Of a stretch of DNA of 64,000 nucleotides, positions 53,279 through 63,511 are shown piece by piece. Position 1 is the stretch's first letter. Each line of letters begins with the position of its first letter. The DNA lies in assembly GCA_900617105.1 (NCBI GenBank), contig UYFQ01000005.1:124001-188000 (forward strand), read 5' to 3'. The position numbers were made by a program, and so were the translations under genes. Under the pieces are notes generated by a model. That model saw nothing but the letters and a program-made list of their open reading frames with translations. It was not told the origin of the DNA and did no database searches. Source of the DNA: Hydrurus foetidus. Its lineage: Eukaryota.

Positions 53279-54090
53279 TGACCCCGACGACAACATTAAA
53301 CACGGACAAACCCATGAACGGTCGCCTCTACCTCGTCCCCGCGCCTTTGGATTTCGGCTGTGACACCCAAGCCCCGCTGGACGATGTGATCCCCCGTGGC
53401 ACGCTGGTCGTCGCGGCGCGTTTGCAGCACTGGGTGTGCGAAAACGCCAAGACCACGCGGGCTTATTTGAAGCGTGTTAACGCCTTGCAGCCCTTGTCCT
53501 GCGAGCTACAGGCGCTACACATTCAGGAGTTACCGCGTGAAGTCCACAAAAAGGGCGACCACCAGCCCCACAGCTTTGACGCCAAGCCGCTGCTGGCCGC
53601 TGCACTGGCGGCGAACGGCGGGCACGACATCGGGCTGGTCAGCGAGGCGGGAATGCCTGCGGTGGCTGACCCTGGTTCGTCCGTGGTGCGGGCCGCCCAT
53701 GAACTGGGGCTGACGGTGGTGCCGCTGGTCGGGCCGGTGTCACTGCTGCTGGCCTTGGCGGCGAGCGGCTTGAACGGGCAAAACTTCGCCTTTGTCGGCT
53801 ACCTGCCCCAGGATGGCGATGCCCGTACCGCACGCATCCGCGAGCTGGAGTCCCTGGCACTGAAAACCGGCCAAGCGCAGTTGTTCATTGAAACGCCCTA
53901 CCGCAATGCGCAGTTGCTGCAAGCATTGGTACAGACGCTGCAAGCCAATACCCGGCTGGCCGTCAGCAGCGGCTTGACGCTGGCGACGGCGGCGACGTGC
54001 AGCCAAGGGGTGAAAGCGTGGAAGCAGAACTTGAACGCCGCCGGTGCGCCGAACAATTCGACACCGGCGGTGTTTGCTATCGGGCGGTAA
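53275..54090 (+). CDS. SAM-dependent methyltransferase (tetrapyrrole methylase/RsmI-like)
   Basis: GRLYLVP, SEAGMPAVADPG, PLVGPVS, FIETPYRN. Confidence 0.88.
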   Translation: MMTPTTTLNTDKPMNGRLYLVPAPLDFGCDTQAPLDDVIPRGTLVVAARLQHWVCENAKTTRAYLKRVNALQPLSCELQALHIQELPREVHKKGDHQPHSFDAKPLLAAALAANGGHDIGLVSEAGMPAVADPGSSVVRAAHELGLTVVPLVGPVSLLLALAASGLNGQNFAFVGYLPQDGDARTARIRELESLALKTGQAQLFIETPYRNAQLLQALVQTLQANTRLAVSSGLTLATAATCSQGVKAWKQNLNAAGAPNNSTPAVFAIGR

Positions 54091-54093
54091 TCC

Positions 54094-55773
54094 TTATTTC
54101 TTCCAAACCGCGGCCAAAGCCTTCAACTTGGCCCAACCCGAGAGCCTGTCATCGGTGAGCGCGTCCAACCAGTCCGACAGTTTTTTCGATTTCGCCATCG
54201 TGTAAAACGTCAGACCCAGCGTCAGCAGCAGGGTGACGGCGAAATACACCGTTTTGGTCGTCAAGGGTTCGTCCGCTGCGGCAATCAGGTTCATGCCCAA
54301 AAAGCCGGTGGTGATGGTGCCGATCAAGCCCATGATCGTCACCACGGTGAGGCGCACTACGGTGTTGGCTTGGCGGCGCAGGCTGTCAGCGTCGAGGTAA
54401 GCGTTCATGTCGCTGACGCGCTGCTTCACTTCGTCGTACAGCGGATCAAGTCCGAGGTGGGTGCCGCACAGCCGAGAGAGGGCGCGGATTTGCGGTTGCT
54501 CAGAAATCGCGTGGAACCAGTAGCGGTGGGTAAAGCGCAAAAAACCTTCAAAACTGCGGCGAATGGTGCGTTTAAACTCGCGCACGCTGTCAGGGTTGCG
54601 CACATCCAACCGCCGCAATGCCTCGACCAGCCGCTCTGAAAACATGAGCAAGGCGGCTTTTTGAAAGTGCGCAATCAAGAACAGTAAAAAATGCTGATGC
54701 CGAAACTGCGCTAGCACGCCCCGGTCGCGGCCGGTGAAGTAAACGGAATCAGCCCGCCCCACCACCACCAGCGCATGTCCACAGCACAGGTAGCGCGTGT
54801 GCGGGGCGGCACCACCACGCTGCCAAAAACGGTCGTAGCAGTGTTGGTGCTCGAAATCGGCAAGGTGCTGTTCGGCGAAGGGCAACGCTGAGTGCGCACC
54901 ATCCGACACATGGGCTGGCGCATCGGTGGGTGGTAGTAAGTCATCCGCAGCCCCCGTCACCAGCCCCAGACGCACAAAATCACTCCGCGTGAGCGCTGTG
55001 GGGTCGTCCACGGCCAGATAGCCCATCACCGGCATCCGGTAGTACTCGATCTGGCGGTAGCGCAACGCACCCGGCTGAGGGGAATGGTCGCTGACCAGCG
55101 GCTGCAGCAGCCACGCCCAGTGGGCGCTGAAGCGGGGTGCGCGGTGCTCGCTCACGAAAGCCAGAAAATCATCGCGCACTTGGGAATCTGACGCGGCCAG
55201 CACCGCCCCCTGCGCGTCCAGCCATTCCACGCTGTGCATGCCATGCAGCGCCTGCCCATCGTCCGACCAGCCCGCAGGGTAGGCACGGCCAAAGCGGTAC
55301 AGCAGCTCTTGCGCCACAGCCAAGGGCATGGGGCCACCGGCCACTTCGACGTTCAGGAAAACCAAATCCACGTCGTAAAAGAAGTACAGGTCGATGTGGA
55401 CGATGCTCAAAAGCTGGGGCGCTTCGCCACGCCGCGCCACCAAGCGCACCGCCGCAACATCGGTACGGCGCAGCACGTGCATGGGGGAAGCGCCATCCAG
55501 TCCGTCCTTTTTCGCCTGCGCGCGCTGGGTACGGCCCTCGCCGTACAAAAACCGCTGCACGTAGGGCAAGAAGCTCACAAACTCGTTGTAATGCCGCTCG
55601 TGAAACTGCCCTGAATCGCCGGTGTACTCGTCATCCACCACCGCCCAAGGCGAGCCGGGCAAACTTTGCAGCTGCTGCCACGGCGGGGCATCCCCACTGA
55701 ACGGCATCAGGCGCAACGGCCAGAGCAGGATTTGGCGGAACTGCTGAACATGGGTCTGTGCCGTTGCATCCAT
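54094..55773 (-). CDS. CorA-like membrane protein with extended N-terminal domain
   Basis: C-terminal RLTVVT..TGFLGMN plus a second TM helix; 559 aa. Confidence 0.75.
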   Translation of the reverse strand: MDATAQTHVQQFRQILLWPLRLMPFSGDAPPWQQLQSLPGSPWAVVDDEYTGDSGQFHERHYNEFVSFLPYVQRFLYGEGRTQRAQAKKDGLDGASPMHVLRRTDVAAVRLVARRGEAPQLLSIVHIDLYFFYDVDLVFLNVEVAGGPMPLAVAQELLYRFGRAYPAGWSDDGQALHGMHSVEWLDAQGAVLAASDSQVRDDFLAFVSEHRAPRFSAHWAWLLQPLVSDHSPQPGALRYRQIEYYRMPVMGYLAVDDPTALTRSDFVRLGLVTGAADDLLPPTDAPAHVSDGAHSALPFAEQHLADFEHQHCYDRFWQRGGAAPHTRYLCCGHALVVVGRADSVYFTGRDRGVLAQFRHQHFLLFLIAHFQKAALLMFSERLVEALRRLDVRNPDSVREFKRTIRRSFEGFLRFTHRYWFHAISEQPQIRALSRLCGTHLGLDPLYDEVKQRVSDMNAYLDADSLRRQANTVVRLTVVTIMGLIGTITTGFLGMNLIAAADEPLTTKTVYFAVTLLLTLGLTFYTMAKSKKLSDWLDALTDDRLSGWAKLKALAAVWKK

Positions 55774-55813
55774 CGTGTGAAGCCTTACTTTGGTTTTACG
55801 CTACCCGCTCGAA

Positions 55814-56971
55814 TCACCCGCGCCGCGTCTTCACCGCCTGCGCCAACACACCCAGCGTCGCCACGGAATCATCCCAGCCAATGCACGCATCGGTGATGCT
55901 GGTGCCATAGGTTAACTGGCTGGAATCGTCTTTGCCGGGGGTGAACTTTTGGGCTCCGGCGTTGATGTGGCTTTCGATCATCACGCCAAAGATGCTGTGC
56001 GAGCCACCCGAGATTTGCGCAGCAATATCGCTCGCCACTTCAATCTGCTTTTGGTGCTGCTTGCTGCTGTTGGCATGGCTGCAATCAACCATCAATGAAG
56101 CGGGCAATTTGGCGGCAACCAGGTCTTTGCAGGCGGCAGCCACGCTGGCGGCATCGTAGTTCGGGGCTTTGCCGCCACGCAGGATGACGTGGCAGTCTTT
56201 GTTGCCATTGGTTTGCACAATGGCGACTTGGCCGTTTTTGTGGATCGACAAAAAGTGGTGTCCGCCCGCTGCGGCCTGGATGGCGTCGGTGGCGATTTTG
56301 ATGTTGCCATCGGTGCCGTTTTTAAAGCCGATGGGGGCGGACAAGCCCGAGGCCAGTTCGCGGTGAACTTGGCTCTCCGTCGTGCGGGCACCAATGGCGC
56401 CCCAGGAGATCAAATCGCCGATGTACTGGGGCGAGATCACGTCCAAGAATTCGCTGCCTGCGGGCAAGCCGATGCGGTTGATCTCGATCAGCAACTGGCG
56501 GGCAATGCGCAGACCTTCGTCAATGCGGCAGCTCTCGTCGAGGTACGGATCGTTGATGAGACCCTTCCAGCCCACCGTGGTGCGGGGCTTTTCGAAGTAC
56601 ACACGCATCACGATTTCCAGCGTATCGGCGTACTTCTCGCGCATCGGCTTCAGGCGGCGGGCGTAGTCGATGGCAGCGGCGGGGTCGTGGATGGAGCAAG
56701 GGCCAATCACCACCAACAAACGGTCGTCCTTGCCCGTCATGATGTTGTGGATGCGCTTGCGCGTGCCGTCAATCAGCTGCTCGGTGGCGGTGCCCCGGAT
56801 GGGAAAGAAGCGGATGAGATGTTCTGGAGGGGGCAACACGGTGATGTCCTTGATACGCTCGTCGTCGGTCTGGCTGGTGCGGTCGATGGGTTGCGTGCCG
56901 GGTGGATACCAGGTGTCGGCATCGGTGGAGCTGGCAGAGGAATTGGCGGAGGCATGTTTCAGAGCGGTCAT
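55814..56971 (-). CDS. aroG: DAHP synthase (type I-alpha)
   Basis: VIGPCSIHD, RVYFEKPRTTVGWKGLINDP, IGARTTESQ, VDCSHANS, SITDAC. Confidence 0.96.
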   Translation of the reverse strand: MTALKHASANSSASSTDADTWYPPGTQPIDRTSQTDDERIKDITVLPPPEHLIRFFPIRGTATEQLIDGTRKRIHNIMTGKDDRLLVVIGPCSIHDPAAAIDYARRLKPMREKYADTLEIVMRVYFEKPRTTVGWKGLINDPYLDESCRIDEGLRIARQLLIEINRIGLPAGSEFLDVISPQYIGDLISWGAIGARTTESQVHRELASGLSAPIGFKNGTDGNIKIATDAIQAAAGGHHFLSIHKNGQVAIVQTNGNKDCHVILRGGKAPNYDAASVAAACKDLVAAKLPASLMVDCSHANSSKQHQKQIEVASDIAAQISGGSHSIFGVMIESHINAGAQKFTPGKDDSSQLTYGTSITDACIGWDDSVATLGVLAQAVKTRRG

Positions 56972-57019
56972 CGTGGTTTCCTCAAGGTGAAATCAAAAAA
57001 TCAACAAAATACAAGGGGC

Positions 57020-57056
57020 AAAAAAAAACCGCCTGAGCTGTGAAACTCTGGCGGTT
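57020..57056 (-). terminator. Attenuator terminator upstream of DAHP synthase
   Basis: Minus strand AACCGCCAGAG-TTTCACAG-CTCAGGCGGTT with a 9-T run, about 50 nt before the aroG ATG. Confidence 0.85.
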
Positions 57057-57074
57057 GTCGTGAGGTGTGCAGGT

Positions 57075-57146
57075 CTACAGTTGCGCCTCTCGTCCGCCGG
57101 GGACTGAGAACCAAAAGTAAAAATAGGCAAATTTGCGAAGCTGCAT
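57075..57146 (-). CDS. Aromatic amino acid leader peptide MQLRKFAYFYFWFSVPGGREAQL
   Basis: ATG CAG CTT CGC AAA TTT GCC TAT TTT TAC TTT TGG TTC ... CTG TAG; 7 of 8 consecutive codons are Phe/Tyr/Trp; directly precedes the terminator and aroG. Confidence 0.85.
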   Translation of the reverse strand: MQLRKFAYFYFWFSVPGGREAQL

Positions 57147-57208
57147 GGTTGTGGAATGTAGCACAGGCGCCTGAGCACCTGGGTGTGGCAAATGATTTGG
57201 ACGAGACC

Positions 57209-58669
57209 TCAAGCCGTCCCCCCCACCGTCAACCCATCAATCCGCAGCGTAGGCTGACCCACGCCCACAGGCACGCTCTGGCCTTCTTTGCCACACGTAC
57301 CCACACCGGGGTCAAGCTTCATGTCATTGCCGATCAAACTGACTTTCTTCAGGCATTCTGGCCCGCTGCCCACAATCGTGGCGCCTTTGACGGGGTACAA
57401 AATCTTGCCGTTTTCAACCCAAAACGCTTCGCTCGCAGAGAACACAAACTTGCCTGAGGTGATGTCCACCTGACCGCCGCCGAAGTTGCTGGCGTACAGG
57501 CCTTTTTTGATGCTGGCGATGACTTCTTGCGGGTCTTTGTCGCCGCCCAGCATGTAGGTGTTGGTCATGCGCGGCATGGGGACGTGGGCGTAGCTTTCGC
57601 GGCGGCCGTTGCCGGTGGGTTTGACACCCATCAGGCGGGCGTTCATGCTGTCTTGGATGTAGCTTTTCAGGATGCCGTCTTCGATCAGTACGTTACGCTG
57701 ACTGACATGGCCTTCGTCGTCCACGTTGAGGGAGCCACGGCGGTCTGGGATGGTGCCGTCGTCGAGCACCGTCACGCCCTTGGCGGCGACGCGCTGACCA
57801 ATGCGGCCTGCGAAGGCGCTAGAGCCTTTGCGGTTGAAATCACCTTCCAGGCCGTGGCCGATGGCTTCGTGCAGCAAGATGCCGGGCCAGCCGGAGCCCA
57901 GCACCACAGTCATCTCGCCTGCGGGGGCGGGGCGGGCCTCTAAGTTGGTCAAGGCGGCATTCACCGCATCGCTCACGTATTCTTCGATCTTGGCCTCGTC
58001 AAAGTAGGCGAAGCCAAAGCGGCCACCACCGCCACCAGAGCCGGTTTCGCGGCGGCCATTTTGTTCGACCATCACGGTGACGGACAAGCGTACCAGCGGG
58101 CGCACATCGGCGGCCAGGGTGCCGTCCAGGCGAGCGACCATCACCACGTCGTACTCGCTGGCCAAACCGGCCATCACTTGGATGATGCGCGGGTCTTTGG
58201 CGCGCGCTAGTTTTTCGACGCGGCCCAGCAGCTCGACTTTGGCGGTGCTGTCCATCGAGGCGATGGGGTCAAGGCCGTTGTAGAGCGAGCGGCTTTTTGC
58301 TATCTTTTGGGTAGCTACCTTCGCCCGTTTGTTCTGCGATGCAGCCGAAATCGTGCGCACTGTGCGTGCCGCATCGAGCAGCGAGGCTTCAGAAATATCG
58401 TCCGAGTAAGCGAACGCGGTTTTTTCGCCGCTGACGGCCCGCACACCCACACCTTGGTCGATGCTGAAGGAGCCGGTTTTGACGATGCCCTCTTCCAGAC
58501 TCCAGCCTTCGCTGCGGGTGTATTGGAAGTACAAATCGGCATCGTCCACCTGGTGGGCGGTGATCTCGGCCAGCGCACGGCGCAGGTGCGACTCGTCGAG
58601 ACCGAAAGGTTGGAGCAGCAGGCCTTGGGCAACGGCCAAGCGTTCAATGGTGGGTTCGCGTGAAATCAT
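57209..58669 (-). CDS. tldD: Metalloprotease TldD
   Basis: DADLYFQ, DVRPLVR, LLHEAIGHGLEGDFNRKG, PRMTNT, CGKEGQ. Start 58669. Confidence 0.96.
   Translation of the reverse strand: MISREPTIERLAVAQGLLLQPFGLDESHLRRALAEITAHQVDDADLYFQYTRSEGWSLEEGIVKTGSFSIDQGVGVRAVSGEKTAFAYSDDISEASLLDAARTVRTISAASQNKRAKVATQKIAKSRSLYNGLDPIASMDSTAKVELLGRVEKLARAKDPRIIQVMAGLASEYDVVMVARLDGTLAADVRPLVRLSVTVMVEQNGRRETGSGGGGGRFGFAYFDEAKIEEYVSDAVNAALTNLEARPAPAGEMTVVLGSGWPGILLHEAIGHGLEGDFNRKGSSAFAGRIGQRVAAKGVTVLDDGTIPDRRGSLNVDDEGHVSQRNVLIEDGILKSYIQDSMNARLMGVKPTGNGRRESYAHVPMPRMTNTYMLGGDKDPQEVIASIKKGLYASNFGGGQVDITSGKFVFSASEAFWVENGKILYPVKGATIVGSGPECLKKVSLIGNDMKLDPGVGTCGKEGQSVPVGVGQPTLRIDGLTVGGTA
58298..58346 (+). repeat. Dispersed motif copy (in tldD)
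   Basis: TGCTATCTTTTGGGT AGC TACCTTC GC CCGTTTGTTCT GC GATGC AGCC. Confidence 0.85.
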
Positions 58670-59570
58670 GGTGGGATTGTAGGTATTTGAAAACTGCCGC
58701 ATCGTCCAGCTCAGCCATGCCCGCCTGGGAGGCTGCCTCAAACACCGCTGCGGCGCTGGCACCCAGCGGGCCGGTGAAGCCTGCGGCTTGGGCAGCAGCC
58801 ACGGCGAGGCGGGTGTCTTTTTGCAGCAGCGTCATGTGGGCGCGGGGGGCGTAGTCGCCCTCGCCCACAACTTCGCCCGCGTTCACCAAGACACGCCGCA
58901 TGCGGTCGGTGCCGATCCAGCTTTGGCCGCTGGACTGCTCGATCACACGCAACGTGGTGGCCAAATCCAAGCCCATGCGCTGGGCCATCGCCATGCCTTC
59001 CGCCGCGCCAACGAGGTTGATGCCTGCGACGAGGTTGTTCACCAGCTTGGTACGTGCACCGTCACCAGGGCGCTGGCTGACGTGGTGGCGCTGGTGCGAC
59101 AAGGCTTGGAGCAGCGCGTCGTTCGCTGCCAGCACGGCATCGGGGGCGGCCAGCATCAGGCTCATGCTGCCATCGCGGGCACGGGCTGGGCCGCCGGACA
59201 TGGGTGCGTCGATGGTGTGGACACCGCGCTCAGCCAGCAGGCGAGCGAAGCGCTCCACGTCTTCGGGGGCGATGGTGGGGCACAGCAGCACGGTGTGGCG
59301 GGATGAGAAGCTCTCGTGGGCACCATTGGGGCCAAAAAGCACGGATTCGGTTTGCGCCGCGTCCACCACACAGACGATGAGCGCTATGCAATTCAGAGCT
59401 ACCCACGCAGCATTGGCGTGTAGCACAGCCCCCAATGCTTGCAATTCAGCCGTTTTAACCGCGTCCACGTCATGCACATGAACGGGCCAGCCCTGTGCGA
59501 GCAAATTAGCGGCCATCGCACCACCCATGTTGCCAACGCCGATGATGCCGATGTGTGGTTTGTGGCTCAT
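58644..59570 (-). CDS. NAD(P)-dependent beta-hydroxyacid dehydrogenase (3-hydroxyisobutyrate dehydrogenase family)
   Basis: GVGNMG, DAPMSGG, KLVNN, LQKD. Confidence 0.9.
   Translation of the reverse strand: MSHKPHIGIIGVGNMGGAMAANLLAQGWPVHVHDVDAVKTAELQALGAVLHANAAWVALNCIALIVCVVDAAQTESVLFGPNGAHESFSSRHTVLLCPTIAPEDVERFARLLAERGVHTIDAPMSGGPARARDGSMSLMLAAPDAVLAANDALLQALSHQRHHVSQRPGDGARTKLVNNLVAGINLVGAAEGMAMAQRMGLDLATTLRVIEQSSGQSWIGTDRMRRVLVNAGEVVGEGDYAPRAHMTLLQKDTRLAVAAAQAAGFTGPLGASAAAVFEAASQAGMAELDDAAVFKYLQSHHDFTRTHH
59382..59430 (+). repeat. Dispersed motif copy (in the beta-hydroxyacid dehydrogenase gene)
   Basis: CGCTATGCAATTCAG AGC TACCCAC GC AGCATTGGCGT GT AGCAC AGCC. Confidence 0.75.
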
Positions 59571-59580
59571 GGCGTGATCT

Positions 59581-60735
59581 TCACGATTGAACCAATCTTT
59601 TCGATTTCGCAATCGACATCAAGATTCCAATCCCCAGCCCCAGCGTGACCATCGCGGTGCCGCCGTAGCTGATAAAGGGCAAGGGCACGCCCACCACAGG
59701 CAAGATGCCGCTGACCATGCCCATGTTGACGAAAGCGTAGGTGAAAAAAATCAGCGACACACTGCCCGCCAGCAAACGGGTAAACAGCGTAGAGGCGTAG
59801 ATCGCGATCATCAACCCGCGCATCAGCAAAAAGATGAAGCCGCAAATCAGCAACAAGTTACCCATCAAGCCGTATTCCTCAGAAAACGCCGCAAAGATGA
59901 AATCGGTGGTGCGCTCTGGGATGAAGTCCAAATGGGTTTGTGTACCTTGCATAAAGCCTTTGCCCCACATGCCACCTGAGCCGATGGCGATCATGCCCTG
60001 GATAATGTGAAAGCCTTTACCCAGCGGGTCACGCGAGGGATCCAGCAGAGTGCAAATGCGCTGCTGCTGGTAGTCGTGCAGCACAGGCCAGCGAAAACCA
60101 TCCACGCACAACAGAGGTTCGTACCAGACGATGGCCGCCATGCCGACAAGCCCAATCAGCAGCGGTGGCAAGATCAGCTTCCAGCTCAAACCGGCGAAAA
60201 AAATCACCGACAAGCCTGCCGACAGCACCAAAATGCCGGTGCCCAAGTCGGGTTGTTTGATGATGAGCCCCACCGGCACGGCCAGCAGCACCAACGCCAC
60301 ACCAAAATCCAGCGGGCGCAGCAGCCCTTCGCGCTTTTGAAACCACCATGCGAGCATCAGCGGCATGGCAATTTTGAGAATTTCACTGGGTTGGATGGTG
60401 ACACCCAAGTTCAGCCATCGGCGTGCCCCTTTTTTAGTAACCCCAAACACCGCCACCGCCACCAGCAGCGTGACGCCCACCACGTAAAGTGGCACGGCCA
60501 AGGACATGAGCCGTTGGGGGGGGATTTGCGCAACAAAAAACATAATAGTGCCTGCAATCAGCATGTTGCGGCCATGATCGACAAAGCGTGCGCCGTGGTC
60601 GTAGCCCGATGAATACATGGTCAGCAGCCCAGCGCAGGCGAGCAGGAACACCGCAAAAGCCAGCGGGCCGTCAAAGCCCTGAAACAAGGGTGCGATTCGC
60701 TTGAACAGCGAGGGTTTATCAAATACAAAAGCCAT
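59581..60735 (-). CDS. rodA: Rod shape-determining protein RodA
   Basis: GARRWL, IQPSE, QPDLGT, PERTTDFIF, GVPLPFISYGG. Confidence 0.96.
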   Translation of the reverse strand: MAFVFDKPSLFKRIAPLFQGFDGPLAFAVFLLACAGLLTMYSSGYDHGARFVDHGRNMLIAGTIMFFVAQIPPQRLMSLAVPLYVVGVTLLVAVAVFGVTKKGARRWLNLGVTIQPSEILKIAMPLMLAWWFQKREGLLRPLDFGVALVLLAVPVGLIIKQPDLGTGILVLSAGLSVIFFAGLSWKLILPPLLIGLVGMAAIVWYEPLLCVDGFRWPVLHDYQQQRICTLLDPSRDPLGKGFHIIQGMIAIGSGGMWGKGFMQGTQTHLDFIPERTTDFIFAAFSEEYGLMGNLLLICGFIFLLMRGLMIAIYASTLFTRLLAGSVSLIFFTYAFVNMGMVSGILPVVGVPLPFISYGGTAMVTLGLGIGILMSIAKSKRLVQS

Positions 60736-60802
60736 GCGGGTGATTATCCCGCAGGGCGCTCGCGTCCCTGCTGCGGGGACTGAACCGTGGACGGGTTCAA
60801 CG

Positions 60803-63511
60803 TCAGCAGCGCTTGTCGCTCAGGGCTTCCAGTACGGCAAGTGCCTCTTGAAATTCAAACGCCTGAACATGCTCCGACAGTCTTTCCACCTGGCGTTTTG
60901 TCGCCGCACTGGCATGGCCTAAATCCAACGCATCGACAAGGTCTAGCGCATCGGCATCGTTGTCCAGCAGCAAGCGCCGCAAAGCGTTCAGCTGTGCCAA
61001 GGGGATGGGTGTGTTGCTCACCGCCTCCCCCAGTGCTGCGGGGGGCGGTGCTGGTGAATCTGGTGATTTTGGCGGCGCTAATGCCTGGGCAATACCGTCC
61101 ATCACGGTGTCGAGCAAGGGTGTCAATTCGGCCAGCGTTTTGACGGCATCGCTCGCCTGTGCCAAATGGCTCTGGGCTTCCAGTCGCCCAGCAACCGTTT
61201 GTAATGCGCTAGCCCCCAGGGTACCTGCCAAGCCCTTGAGCGTATGGGCTGCACGCTGGGCTGCCCCCCAGTCTGCCGCCTTTGCCAGTGCAGCGAAGCG
61301 TTGAACGAAATCACGTTCATGCGCTAAAAAATTCTTCAACAGCTTCAGGTACAGCCGGGTGTTGCCCGCCACGTGACCCAAACCCTGTTGCATGTCAACA
61401 CCGGGCAAAGTAGCCGGTAAATCGCCGGGGGGTGCTGGCGCTGGCAGCACTGTGACAGGTGGAAGAAAAGGTATAGCAGCAACCGCAGGCACTACGGCTG
61501 TGGCCAACCGTTTCTCTTGCGCCCGTGCGCCAAACCATTTGGCCAAGGTGGCGTACAGCGCATCCACGTTGATGGGCTTGGCCACATGGTCGTTCATGCC
61601 TGCCGCAAAACAGCGCTCCAGGTCGGCTTGCATGGCGTTGGCCGTCAAAGCGATGAGGATGGTGTCTTTGAATTGTGGCTGCTTACGAATAGCTCGGGCG
61701 GTTTGGTAGCCGTCCATGATGGGCATTTGAATGTCCGACAAAATGCCATCGAACTGCTCCACCGCCAAAATGTCCAGGGCCTCTTGTCCGTGGTTGGCGA
61801 TGGTAGCGGTGATGCCCACATTCTCCAGCAGGGCCATCGCTAACTCTTGGTTCATCAGGTTGTCTTCAATCAGCAGCAGATGCAAGCCCGCCAAATCGGT
61901 GCTGGCAGGCTGGGTAGCAGGGTACGAGGTACTTTTCGACGCTTGCGGCACACCCCGCCCCAACCAGACGTTGAAGCTGAACACCGAGCCCACGCCCTCG
62001 GTACTCGTCACGTGAAACTCACCATCCATCAGCGTTACCAGCTGGTGCGAGATCACCAAACCCAGGCCAGTGCCACCGAACTGGCGTGTGCTGGAGCTGT
62101 CACCTTGACTGAAAGGCTGGAACATCTTCTGCAACTGCTCTGCCCGCATACCGATGCCGGTGTCGCGCACTGAGAAATGCAAAGAGACACGATCGTCTTC
62201 CGGCGCTGATACAGTTGATGGTGAGGCGGGAGTTGAGGATAAAGACACCGACAAAACCACCTCGCCTTGGGCTGTGAATTTGATGGCGTTGCTTAGCAGG
62301 CTCACCAGCACTTGGCTGAGGCGAAAAGCATCGCCCACAAAGTACGTAGGCAAGTCGCTCGCCACATCAAACACCAAGCGCAAGGCTTTTTCGCGAGCAC
62401 TCTCACTCACCAAATCAGCCACCTCGGTCAGCATGTCATGCAAAGAGAAGGGTGCGGCTTCCAAGCTCATCTTGCCGACATCAATTTTGGCGAAATCCAA
62501 AATGTCGTTGATGATGCGCAACAGCGACTGCGAGGCCGTGGTGATTTTGTCCAGGTAGTTGGTTTGCTGGGGCGTGAGGCTGGTTTTCAGCGCCAGATGG
62601 CTCATGCCGATGATGGCGTTCATCGGCGTGCGTATCTCATGGCTCATGTTGGCCAAAAAGTCAGTGCGCATGCGGGTGATTTCTTCTGCCATGTCTTTGG
62701 CGCGTTTGAGCTCGGTCACGTCAAAGAACCAGGCAATAACACAGGGCGCGTTGTCGTACACGATGTGGATGAACGAGGCCATCACCTGCAAAACTGTATT
62801 GGCCTTGGTTCGTATGCCCAAGGGCATATTGAGGATGTTTTCGCCGCGGCGCAGTACCTCTCCGATGTGCCTGTCATGCTCGGGGTTCTCGTAGGTTGTC
62901 CAGTCACTGAGGTTGGCAAGCTGCGTTTTAGGTACCTGAAACAAATCCGCACAGGCTTGGTTCACAAACAACAAACCCCGGTCTTTTAGCACCGATACGC
63001 GCAGCGCGACGGGACTTTGCTCCAGCATGTCACGGATTTGATGCTCGCGCTGCGCCATCGCTGCGGTGCGGTTGGCCACTTCACGCTCTAGACCGGTTTT
63101 GTTGTGTTCCAGCTCGGTGATCAATTGCTCACGGGTTTTGACGCTCAAGATGGCGCGCAGCTGCGGCACTTCACGCAACGCTAAGACGGGCAGTTCCACA
63201 TCTACCACCGCATGCGTCGTATCCGTCGTATCACCTGACAGCACGGTAAAAAAGGGGGTGATTTTGTGCAACTGAGGCGAGGTCACGCAACGGGCTTGCA
63301 AACGCAGTGCTTGGGCGCTAAGTGACACATCTATCTGTACGGCACCTACAGCTTGCAGCGAACGGCACAGCACCGTAAAGCCACTCAAGAGGAAATCAGA
63401 TTTATCGGGTGTTACAGCGCAAAGTTGAAGCAGCATGCGCATTTTGGCGCGCGCCAAGTGAACACTGCTCACATCGGCCAATGCCAAGATGCCCAGTGGT
63501 TCAATGGCCAT
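60803..63511 (-). CDS. Soluble hybrid histidine kinase (N-terminal unknown/RsbT-like, PAS, HisKA, HATPase, REC, HPt)
   Basis: [44 protein letters not shown]; no TM. Start placed at ATG 63511, overlapping the upstream gene. Confidence 0.92.
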   Translation of the reverse strand: MAIEPLGILALADVSSVHLARAKMRMLLQLCAVTPDKSDFLLSGFTVLCRSLQAVGAVQIDVSLSAQALRLQARCVTSPQLHKITPFFTVLSGDTTDTTHAVVDVELPVLALREVPQLRAILSVKTREQLITELEHNKTGLEREVANRTAAMAQREHQIRDMLEQSPVALRVSVLKDRGLLFVNQACADLFQVPKTQLANLSDWTTYENPEHDRHIGEVLRRGENILNMPLGIRTKANTVLQVMASFIHIVYDNAPCVIAWFFDVTELKRAKDMAEEITRMRTDFLANMSHEIRTPMNAIIGMSHLALKTSLTPQQTNYLDKITTASQSLLRIINDILDFAKIDVGKMSLEAAPFSLHDMLTEVADLVSESAREKALRLVFDVASDLPTYFVGDAFRLSQVLVSLLSNAIKFTAQGEVVLSVSLSSTPASPSTVSAPEDDRVSLHFSVRDTGIGMRAEQLQKMFQPFSQGDSSSTRQFGGTGLGLVISHQLVTLMDGEFHVTSTEGVGSVFSFNVWLGRGVPQASKSTSYPATQPASTDLAGLHLLLIEDNLMNQELAMALLENVGITATIANHGQEALDILAVEQFDGILSDIQMPIMDGYQTARAIRKQPQFKDTILIALTANAMQADLERCFAAGMNDHVAKPINVDALYATLAKWFGARAQEKRLATAVVPAVAAIPFLPPVTVLPAPAPPGDLPATLPGVDMQQGLGHVAGNTRLYLKLLKNFLAHERDFVQRFAALAKAADWGAAQRAAHTLKGLAGTLGASALQTVAGRLEAQSHLAQASDAVKTLAELTPLLDTVMDGIAQALAPPKSPDSPAPPPAALGEAVSNTPIPLAQLNALRRLLLDNDADALDLVDALDLGHASAATKRQVERLSEHVQAFEFQEALAVLEALSDKRC

